Positions 1 through 7,954 are shown, counted from the stretch's first letter. The stretch is 13,058 nucleotides of DNA from Octopus sinensis (GCF_006345805.1 NW_021826320.1:1-13058), one strand, 5' to 3'. Numbers and translations are program-made. Notes: generated by a model not told the origin, from the sequence alone.

Positions 1-412
1 ATAAGTGCACACACACACATACACACACACACACACTCACGCATACTATACGCGCCACTGCACACACATACACACACTATAAGTGCACACACTCTATAAG
101 TGCCACTGAACACACACACACACACACACTACAAGTGCACAAATACACACACACACACTATAAGTGCACACACACTATAAGTGCACACACACAAACACAA
201 TATAAGTGCACACAAACACATACGCACACAAACACACTATAAGTGCACACACATACACACATAAACACACTATAAGTGCACACACATACACACACAAACA
301 CACTATAAGTGCACACACAAACACACACAAACACACTATAAGTGCACACAAACACACTATAAGTGCACACACATACACACACAAACACACTATAAGTGCA
401 CACACACACACA
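1..412. repeat. Minisatellite: CTATAAGTGCA core embedded in (CA)n/(CAAA) spacers
   Basis: Core (C)TATAAGTGC, or a near variant, at 1, 77, 94, 129, 158, 175, 200, 237, 270, 303, 336, 357 and 390. The period settles to 33 bp from 237, with one 21-bp unit. Truncated by the window start. Confidence 0.95.
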
Positions 413-467
413 CTACTCCACGGACGAACCGACAACGACACTTTATAGAGAAATCCATTCCACCCAC

Positions 468-588
468 CTGCGAGTCCGTCTTTGGAAGTTCAGACGACGG
501 TCGCAGCGGCGTTGGCGACGGCGCCCGCAGCGGCGGTGGTTGTGGTTGTGGCTTATGTTTGGTTTTGTAGTTTCCTTTTGTTTTGCCC
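468..588 (-). other. Candidate internal exon (121 bp, GC/CpG-rich), unverified
   Basis: Minus strand: acceptor-like ctttacttggcccctaacag|G at 589/588 and donor-like CAG|gtgggt at 468/467. One open frame gives GKTKGNYKTKHKPQPQPPPLRAPSPTPLRPSSELPKTDSQ. No homology recognised. The 'M' of track ORF 390..602 is a TTG, not an ATG. Confidence 0.2.
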
Positions 589-754
589 CTGTTAGGGGCC
601 AAGTAAAGCTTTCACCCATTACAAATGAATTTTTGGAAATGGTGGTCGTGGCCGGCTGGATCTCATAATGGAGTATCAATGAAATATATCTGTGTCACCA
701 ATACAATTTGTTTCTAGTCTGTCTCTGTTATGTCTGTGTGTCCAGTGGTGGGTG

Positions 755-952
755 CGTGTCTGTGTGCGTGCGTGCGCATATAGATATGTATATCTATCTA
801 TATGTGTGTGTGCGCGTCTGTGTGTGTATATATATATATATATAGTTATGTGTGTGCGCATATGAATATACATATCTATGTATATGCGTATGTATGTGTG
901 GTGCGTGTGTGTGTGTGTGTGTGTATAAATATATATGTACATGTGTGGTGCG

Positions 953-994
<42 letters not shown>

Positions 995-1161
995 TTTGTA
1001 GGTGCATATGTGTGTGTATATATATATGTGTGTGTGTGTGTGCGTATGGACATATGTATACATATATATAAATGGGTATATACATTTATAGATTATATAT
1101 ATATATATATATATAGATATATAAAAACAACCATACGTATAATTTATGTATGCATACATGC

Positions 1162-1204
<43 letters not shown>

Positions 1205-1232
1205 TTTATATGTGCCTTCATACACACATACT
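755..1232. repeat. Compound (TG)n/(TA)n microsatellite
   Basis: Alternating runs of GT, TA and TATG. Confidence 0.95.
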
Positions 1233-1473
1233 CTCACTTAGGTTACACAGCAGGAGTAAGTAAATGGGTTAATATTATGAAGCGGGTGTTGGGTACGAAA
1301 GGCGTGGGCGTTGGAGGCTATCTTAACGTTCACTGACTTCTAATCTATTAGCCATCTCCCCCCGCCAGGGACGGGCACGAACCCTTTTACAATGCCTTTT
1401 GTTTTCTGGACCATGGCTGATTGTTTCAATTTCAGAACATACCGTATAACATGTAGGGTGCTACTGCCTCATT

Positions 1474-1547
1474 CCTCTCTCTGTCTCTCCCTTCTCCCCA
1501 CCTCACTCTCCCTCCCTCCCTCCCTCCCTCCCTCTATCTATCTATCT

Positions 1548-1596
<49 letters not shown>

Positions 1597-1602
1597 GTCT
1601 AT
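1474..1602. repeat. (CT)/(CCCT)n followed by (TATC)n microsatellite
   Basis: Pyrimidine repeats at 1474-1533, then TATC units to about 1602. Confidence 0.95.
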
Positions 1603-1611
1603 CTGACTCTG

Positions 1612-1776
1612 CGTGTATGAATTTGTGTGGATACACACACACACACCCACATATATGTATGTATGTGTGTATACACAATTAACGTTTGTGTATATGTATG
1701 TGTGTGTGTACACACATAAACATTTGTGTATATATGTGTGTGTGTGTGTGTGTATACACATACACGTTTGTGTTTG

Positions 1777-1811
<35 letters not shown>

Positions 1812-1979
1812 TACATATATGTGTGTGTGTATGTATACGTGCGTGTATACACACACAAAGGTTTGCGTATATATATGTATGTGTGTATGTATATATATGT
1901 GTCTGTATGTATATGTACATGTGTGTGTATGTATATTGTGTGTGTGTGTATGTATATATATATATATATATATATATTT
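1612..1979. repeat. Compound (TG)n/(TA)n/(CA)n microsatellite
   Basis: Direct reading; explains ORFs 1585..1920, 1599..1988 and 1613..2443. Confidence 0.95.
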
Positions 1980-2031
1980 ATAATTCACTTGTTTCCCTTC
2001 ATTATGTTCTGTTCCATTCTCTCTACTCTTC

Positions 2032-2062
<31 letters not shown>

Positions 2063-2081
2063 TCCTTCATTCATGCGAGAC

Positions 2082-2131
<50 letters not shown>

Positions 2132-2148
2132 CACTCACACATACACGC
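2032..2148. repeat. (TC)n + (CA)n microsatellite
   Basis: Direct reading. Confidence 0.95.
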
Positions 2149-2300
2149 AGTCACACTTCTTCATTCACTACAGGCTGGGAAATTACACTTGAGTCAGCGG
2201 AGCACTTTCATCGTCATCTCATCCGACCTCATTATGCCTGATTGCACCACATCTAACACCAACCACGCCCCACCCGACGGACTAGTTGTTGCTGCTGTTA

Positions 2301-2466
2301 TTTTTAACCCAAGGTCAATCAGCTGTGATCAACTAAACCTAATGATCCAAAGTACGCCAACCATGACAATCTCCTTATATATTTCAAGATTGGACTTCAT
2401 TATCCAGTGTGTCCTCTTTTATTTAGGATATGGTGTGATTTGAAGGGGATTTAGTTGTTATCTCTA
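2301..2466 (+). mobile_element. Probable degenerate interspersed-repeat fragment (retroposon 3' part)
   Basis: Resembles, from memory only, a common octopus repeat tail (ccc(a)ggtca..tgatc..gacctatgatc..ccatgaccatc..cattatccaatgtgtcct..ggtgtgatttgaggg). No second copy in this window to confirm it. Confidence 0.3.
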
Positions 2467-2535
2467 TTAATTTGATGATCTCTGGGTCGTCGGAATCATG
2501 CGTATATACGTGTGTGTGGTATGTGCCTTTCAATT

Positions 2536-2923
2536 TTTCTACTCTTTTACTTGTTTCAGTCATTTGACTGCGGCCATGCTGGAGCACCGCCTTTAATCGA
2601 GCAACTCGACCCCGGGACTTATTCTTTGTAAGCCCAGTACTTATTCCATCGGTCTCTTTGCCGAACCGCTAAGTGACAGGGACCATAAACATACCAGCAT
2701 CGGTGTCAAGCAATGCTAGGGGGACAAACCACAAACACACACACACACATATATATACATATATACGACAGGCTTCTTTCAGTTTCCGTCTACCAAATCC
2801 ACTCACAAGGCTTTGGTCGACCCGAGGCTATAGTAGAAGACACTTGCCCAAGGTGCCACGCAGTGGGACTGAACCCGGAACCATGTGGTTGGTTAGCAAG
2901 CTACTCATCACACAGCCACTCCT
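2536..2923 (-). mobile_element. tRNA-derived SINE, family A, essentially full length
   Basis: Minus-strand head ggagtggctgtgtgatg..ggttccgggttcagtcccactg (A/B-box-like), then caccttgggcaagtgtcttc, an internal (TA/TG) microsatellite at about 2730-2765, and 3' tail ggtgctccagcatggccgcagtcaaatgactgaaacaagtaaaagag (RTE-LINE-like by recall). Homologous copies at 4057, 12636 and 12996. Confidence 0.9.
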
Positions 2924-2980
2924 AAAACCAATAATTACACGTTTTTATTTATCTCCTTTAAATTTTACTAAGTATATTAC

Positions 2981-3293
2981 TGGTACTCCATGGGTTATGA
3001 CAACGAGGGTTCTTGTTGGTCCAACCAACGGAACAACCTGCTCGTGAAATTGACGGGTTGAGCACTCCGCGGACATGCGTCCCTTCAATGGAGTTTTCAG
3101 TGGGATTCAGCATGACACAGAATGTGACAAGGCTGGCCCCTTTGAAATGCAGGTACAACTCATTTTTGCCAGCTGAGTTGAATGGAGCAACTGAAAATAA
3201 AGTGTCTTGCTCCAGGACACAACGCGCGGTTGGGAATCGAACTCACGACTATACGACCGGGAGCCGAATACCCTAACCAGTAAGCCACGTGCC
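2981..3293 (-). mobile_element. tRNA-derived SINE, family B
   Basis: Head ggcacgtggcttactggttaggg (A box TGGCTTACTGG) and gagttcgattcc (B box), then gttgtgtcctggagcaagacacttt..ctcagctggcaaaaatgagt (resembles CORE/Meta-type central domains). The tail ends ..ataacccatggagtacca. Confidence 0.85.
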
Positions 3294-3305
3294 TATTATT
3301 ATATA

Positions 3306-3484
3306 TACGTGTGTGGATCAAAAGTTAGATTAAAATTTGTTGGTACTCTTTGAGTTTCAAGCGTGATGCTAGTCAGCAACCATTTCGAATGTGATCAAAC
3401 TCAAAGTAGTTGATGATTAGCATCACTCTTGAAACTAAAGTGCACCAACGAATTTGAATCAAACTGTTTCCATCCATACATGTA
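3306..3484. mobile_element. 179-bp imperfect palindrome (fold-back/MITE-like element), TA at both ends
   Basis: Left arm 3306-3394 aligns by eye at about 80% with the reverse complement of 3395-3484, centred on TGATCA (3392-3397) with no spacer. The palindrome is seen directly; the MITE label is inference. Confidence 0.75.
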
Positions 3485-3589
3485 ACTCCCAGTAAATTCG
3501 TTAAGTGCCCTTCTTTCGTTTGTCCACTCACTCGTGTGTGTATATATATATATATATACCCATTAAATGTTTTCATTATGTTTTGAATA

Positions 3590-3953
3590 TCTCTATATAT
3601 ATAAACGGCAAAATGTCTGCGTGCGTGTCCTTTAAACAAATCCACAATTTTTCAGTTAGGGGGCTCGTGCTTTCTATGGTCATTCAAAACCGTCCAAGGG
3701 TGGTCGTGCACATCTTTACATTTCCCCAGTCACTCCGCAAAGCCGTTAAAAAATCAACAGAAGTGACTTTTTTGTGAATTTTCTATCCAAAACCCAATCA
3801 AAATGCCCGAAACTTGATACGCCAATTGAATGCCAGCTAGCTGTATGTGATTGGTCAGAGATTTGGACAGTACTCGCGTGTGTGTGTGCACGCACGCAGC
3901 TGTATATGCATGCACTAGCAGTATGACCCGTCGTTGCTGGGTCATAATGCTAG
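3590..3953 (+). mobile_element. Non-autonomous Helitron (364 bp), both termini intact
   Basis: 5' TC (TCTCTATATATATAAA) directly after A3589; 3' CTAG (3950-3953) directly before T3954, giving an A|T target with no TSD; subterminal GC-rich hairpin tatgacccg-tcgttgc-tgggtcata. Confidence 0.85.
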
Positions 3954-3982
3954 TTATATATATAAATTTCTTTGTACGTCCT

Positions 3983-4054
3983 TCCATGAAGATATTCTCG
4001 CAAATAGATAGACAGACAGACAGACAGATAGATAGATAGATAGATAGATAGATA
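3983..4054. repeat. (GACA)n(GATA)n microsatellite
   Basis: Direct reading; abuts the 3' end of the half SINE at 4057. Confidence 0.95.
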
Positions 4055-4056
4055 GG

Positions 4057-4202
4057 TACGACGGGCTTCTTTCAGTTTCCGTCAATCAAATCTACTCACA
4101 AGGCTTTTGGTCGGCCCGAAGCCATAGTGGAAGACACTTGCCCAAGGTGCCATGCAGTGGGACTGAACCCGGAACCATGTGGTTGAGAAGCAAGCTTCTT
4201 AC
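4057..4202 (-). mobile_element. SINE family A, 5' half only
   Basis: Aligns to 2764-2908 (cgacgggcttctttcagtttccgtc...ggaaccatgtggttg). It stops where the full copy has its internal microsatellite. Confidence 0.9.
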
Positions 4203-4344
4203 TTACTACTCACATCCACGATGAGAAATAACAAAATTATTCTAAAGTGAAATGAAAGATTGACAAATATAATGAACCAGTATCACGTATGGAAGACTAT
4301 AAGTGCTACAAAATGTTTCAGCAAAAAATACGCATAAGAATGGC

Positions 4345-4480
4345 TATACACATGCATGCACACACACATACACACACACACACACACGCACACATACTTT
4401 TTCATTCTCTCCTGACCCCCACTTTCTCTCTCTCGCTCTCTCTCTCTCTCTTCCCTTCTCTTCTCTCTCTTTCCCTCTTT
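4345..4480. repeat. (CA)n and (TC)n microsatellites
   Basis: Direct reading. Confidence 0.9.
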
Positions 4481-4613
4481 GTATGCTCCTTTCTTTCTGA
4501 CCGCTTCATAATGTAACAGGTGGCGACATCAAATTAGAGGAGCAAATATCCGTGTGAATGGGTTTTCTAAATCCAACGTATACTATACGCTTTCTGCAGT
4601 AATTTTGAATATA

Positions 4614-4650
<37 letters not shown>

Positions 4651-4652
<2 letters not shown>

Positions 4653-4820
4653 CCACTACACACATTTTTTCTCTCCTTGCTTTTTTTGTGTCCCTTTCTG
4701 TAGAAGAGCATAGGCTCGAAACGTAAAATACTTTTCTATTCCTGAGCGTTATAGTAATACATCTGCTTTTGTTTTGTACACCACCTGTCTTCATCTTTTG
4801 TTTTTTTCGTAAACTCTCCC
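4651..4820 (+). mobile_element. Penelope-like element terminal (pseudo-LTR) fragment inserted in (TA)n
   Basis: Contains a minimal type-I hammerhead-like fold (next feature), which is a known hallmark of Penelope-like elements, and has TA runs on both sides. The resemblance to a common octopus repeat is from memory. Confidence 0.6.
4690..4731 (+). ncRNA. Minimal type-I hammerhead-ribozyme-like motif (variant core CUGUAGA-A)
   Basis: ttt-CTGTAGA-A-[GAGC atag GCTC]-GAA-ACGT-A-aaa: perfect 4-bp stem II, GAAA, palindromic ACGU stem III and a weak stem I (ttt/aaa). A6 of the core is replaced by U. Confidence 0.55.
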
Positions 4821-4897
4821 TATATTTACAAATATATATGTATGTGTCTGTATACGATATATGCCAATGTTATAACGTCCTGTTTAAATATTAAGTG

Positions 4898-5030
4898 TGT
4901 AGCAGAATCGGTTGAGAATCTGACAAAATATTTTATGATATTTGGTTACTTCCATCCTTTAAATTCTGCGTTCAAATCCCGCCCAAGATGGTGTTACATT
5001 ACATCACCCTGAACTTGATAAAATACACTA
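4898..5030 (+). mobile_element. Highly degenerate copy of SINE family C (head plus central domain)
   Basis: gcagaatcg..acaaaat..ttctgcgttcaaatcccgcc..catc..ttgataaaata aligns colinearly with the reverse complement of about 7750-7880. Confidence 0.6.
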
Positions 5031-5350
5031 TATACAAAGCACTAAACACAGGTTAGTACGTACGTATGTCGTGTATATAGACATACAGTTGAAGGTGTAT
5101 GTATATATATATATATATATATTCGCATATATATATAGATAGCTGTTGGGGTTGTGAGTATTTATCAAACTGGTATACTCCCTCTGTCAGTCCAAAAGTA
5201 GAGAAAAGAAAAGAAAAGAGAAATCTTTGAAAAGCTTGAAATTTGAATCTAAAGAAACAGAAACAGAAATAACAGCGTAATCCTTTCACGATAATGGCAC
5301 TGTAATATAAACACGATGTTAGCTCTGAGAGAGAAAGACACAGAGATATG

Positions 5351-5382
5351 TGGGTGGATGGATGGATGGGTGGATAGATAGA

Positions 5383-5415
<33 letters not shown>

Positions 5416-5467
5416 TGGTAGATAGATAGACAGACTGGTAGATAGATAGATAGATTGATGAACAGAT
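5351..5467. repeat. (GGAT)(GATA)(GACA) compound microsatellite
   Basis: Direct reading; 3' flank of LINE copy 1. Confidence 0.95.
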
Positions 5468-5690
5468 AGGTTTCTTTATTGGCCACACAGGGCTGCACAC
5501 AGATGGGACAAGTTACAAGGTAGAGCTTTTCTTTTGGGGGATGAAAAAAACAAAAAACAAAAGAAAAAAAAAGGGGTGGCGTAGGTTTTCGATCAAGAGG
5601 GATCGTAAAAGGGAAGAAAAGAACAAAAAAAAACAAAAGAAAAATAAAATAAAAAATAAAAAGACAAAAAAGAAAAGGAACAAGGAAGTT
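5468..5690 (-). mobile_element. Tx1/L1-like LINE 3' UTR, copy 1 (5'-truncated)
   Basis: Minus strand cttttacgatccctcttgatcgaaaacc..cccccaaaagaaaagctctaccttgtaacttgtcccatctgtgtgcagccctgtgtggccAATAAAgaaacct matches 6850-6977. The 5' boundary lies in a T-rich tract and is approximate. Confidence 0.85.
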
Positions 5691-5717
5691 AGATAGGTAG
5701 ATAGGAAGATAGATAGA

Positions 5718-5751
<34 letters not shown>

Positions 5752-5824
5752 TGGTTAGATAGATAGAGATAGATAGAGAGAGAGAGATGGTTAGATAGAT
5801 AGATAGATAGATGGATAGATAGAT
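5691..5824. repeat. (GATA)/(GA)n microsatellite
   Basis: Direct reading; 5' flank of LINE copy 1. Confidence 0.95.
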
Positions 5825-6067
5825 GGGGGAAGGTTAGAACGTCTGTGGCGTTCCTAGTGACTCACATTTTGCATTAATGGTAACGCATGGCGGTTATACC
5901 ATTCGTTACCAAGCAGAAGTGAATTACACCCAGGAAATAAGAACGGGAATGGCACTAACGATGTTGGCGACAACCACTAGCATTACTACCATCACACCTC
6001 GCTACCTCACATTCCTGTGTTTGCCTTTGAGAGTCGAAATTTCCCATAGTTCCACCGTAAAGGAAAA

Positions 6068-6349
6068 CTGGATTTTAATGACGACGGTTGGTCTGTCGTA
6101 GTCCGAGAAAGACGGTTCTGGAGAGGATTTGTTCATAATGATCAAATGTACGAACTGTACATAAAGCTCACTCACTCCCTCAAATCGACGTTCTTTAAAC
6201 GGATGCACGGTGTACCACACGTCAGGAGTCAAAGTGATCGGAGGGCAACGCGAGATGAAGTGGTTTGCTCAATAACACGACGCAAGGAATTGAAACCGCG
6301 ATCTCGCGTTCGTACGTGTAACAGCCTAACCACCAGGCCATGCACTCTC
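6068..6349 (-). mobile_element. tRNA-derived SINE, family D
   Basis: Minus head gagagtgcatggcctggtggttagg (A box) ..ggtttcaattcc (B-box-like), then gtcgtgttattgagcaaaccacttcatctc, similar to family B. The 3' boundary is approximate. Confidence 0.7.
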
Positions 6350-6435
6350 ACCTGGAAAGCTAAATTCAATCTTAAACGACATATTAATTTGGGCAGTATA
6401 AAGTACGATGGATACATCTCTTTTACTCGTTTCAG

Positions 6436-6448
6436 TCTATCTATCAAT

Positions 6449-6511
<63 letters not shown>

Positions 6512-6514
6512 CCT
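6436..6514. repeat. (TATC)n microsatellite
   Basis: Direct reading; 5' flank of LINE copy 2. Confidence 0.95.
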
Positions 6515-6610
6515 ATGTCTAGTGAATGTTTTAAAAAAAGATGGGTGAATGTAGCAAGGATGGCACGTATGAATGACGAAGCCACCTTGACTATGATCTA
6601 TGAACCGTAA
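6515..6610 (+). pseudogene. Remnant of the LINE ORF2 C-terminus (SSECFKKRWVNVARMARMNDEATLTMIYEP*)
   Basis: The F-x-x-R-W motif shortly before the stop resembles Tx1-clade ORF2 C-termini (by recall), and it lies directly upstream of the repeated UTR. Confidence 0.55.
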
Positions 6611-6977
6611 AAATTAATACAGAGAGTTGCTTATTTGCAAAAAAAAAAAAGAAATATAACATATGACTTCATTGACCGAGGTTACCGTGGTCTTTTCCGT
6701 AGGCTTTTCTTTCCACGGGTAAACCTCACCTGTCCACCCCTTTACACTTCATATTGACATTTCTGTGATAACGATCCCTATTGATCAAAAATTTTTTTTC
6801 CTTCCCCCCACCTTTTTTTTTTAATTATACCCCCCCCCTTATTTTGTCCTCTTTCTTTCCATTTACGATCCCTTTTGATCGAAAACCAAACCCCCTTTTT
6901 TTTACCCCCAAAAGAAAAGCTCTACCTTGTAATTTGTCCTGTCTGTGTGCAGCCCTGTGTGGCTAATAAAGAAACAT
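6515..6977 (+). mobile_element. Tx1/L1-like LINE 3' end, copy 2 (ORF2 C-terminus plus 3' UTR)
   Basis: Longest copy: ORF stub, about 365-nt UTR with C/T tracts, and AATAAAgaaacat end. Homologous to 5468-5690 and 12249-12549. Confidence 0.85.
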
Positions 6978-7325
<348 letters not shown>

Positions 7326-7484
7326 ATAAAATTACCGGCCTTTTTGTTAGTGAAGTAATGTTTGTGGTTTGATTTTTACTTCTATAAGGCAAATGCACTG
7401 CAGTTATTGTGGAGAGAAATTTTCGCTTATGATGAATGGTGCAAAACCGCCATATTTGCTCAGTGTCACTCGCTAACGGACTCC

Positions 7485-7525
7485 CAGGCGCATTTCTGGC
7501 TCCTTAGCCTTCATCAGTTGAGGAC
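7485..7525 (-). ncRNA. Degenerate hammerhead-ribozyme-like motif
   Basis: Minus strand CTGATGA-A-[GGCT aagg AGCC]-A-GAAA-tgcgcc: perfect CUGAUGA core and 4-bp stem II, but an extra A before GAAA and imperfect stems I and III. Confidence 0.35.
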
Positions 7526-7657
7526 ACCAAAGATAGAGAGCTAGAGATAGAGAGGAGAGAGACAAAATGGGAGAACGTTACGCTTAGCTTACATGATATG
7601 TTTTACACGTGTGACTCTCTTTTGTATATTGTATGTCTGTGTGTATATATATATATA

Positions 7658-7890
7658 TTTCTTTATTACCCACAAGGGGCTAAACATAGAGGGGACAAAC
7701 AAGGACAGACAAAGGGATTAAGTCGATTACACTCGACCCCAGTGCGTAACTGGTACTTAATTTATCGACCCCGAAAGGGTGAAAGGCAAAGTCGACCTCG
7801 GCGGAATTTGAACCCAGAACACTTAACGGCAGACGTAATACGGCTACGCATTTCGCCCGACGTGCTAACGTTTCTGCCAGCTCGCCGCCT
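7658..7890 (-). mobile_element. tRNA-related SINE, family C, full length, flanked by (TA)n
   Basis: Head aggcggcgagctggcagaaacgttagc..gggttcaaattccgcc (B box), central gactttgcctttcaccctttcggggtcgataaattaagtacc, and tail ..agccccttgtgggtAATAAAgaaa. Confidence 0.9.
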
Positions 7891-7906
7891 TATATAATAT
7901 ATATAT

Positions 7907-7954
<48 letters not shown>

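Noticed and set aside
1-412. CRISPR-like repeat/spacer appearance
   Set aside because: The spacers are low-complexity (CA)n variants of each other, the core is only about 11 bp, there are no cas genes, and the context is eukaryotic.
206-448. ORF with HKHTISAHTYT repeats and its Cys/Val-rich antisense ORFs
   Set aside because: By-product of the 33-bp and 21-bp minisatellite periods.
1237-1470. Unique stretch encoding ..SKWVNIMKRVLG.., faintly like the KRWVNVARM LINE stub, plus a Kozak-like cagccATGG on the minus strand
   Set aside because: The similarity is only WVN, no LINE-type UTR follows, and the minus-strand ORF is only 24 codons.
3225-3293. tRNA genes at the SINE heads (also near 2850-2923, 6270-6349 and 7790-7890)
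   Set aside because: A/B-box-like motifs are present, but I could not build a complete acceptor stem or cloverleaf, and each continues into a SINE body.
4518-4657. gtggcga / tcgccac inverted pair as possible TIRs
   Set aside because: Only 7 bp, with no TSD, and the right half belongs to the Penelope-like fragment.
5857-5865. AP-1 motifs (TGACTCA here, TGAGTCA at 2190)
   Set aside because: 7-mers are expected by chance in 13 kb and there is no supporting context.
6146-6610. 154-aa ORF as a gene
   Set aside because: Chimeric read-through of an antisense SINE, (TATC)n and the LINE stub; only 6515-6610 has a coding origin.
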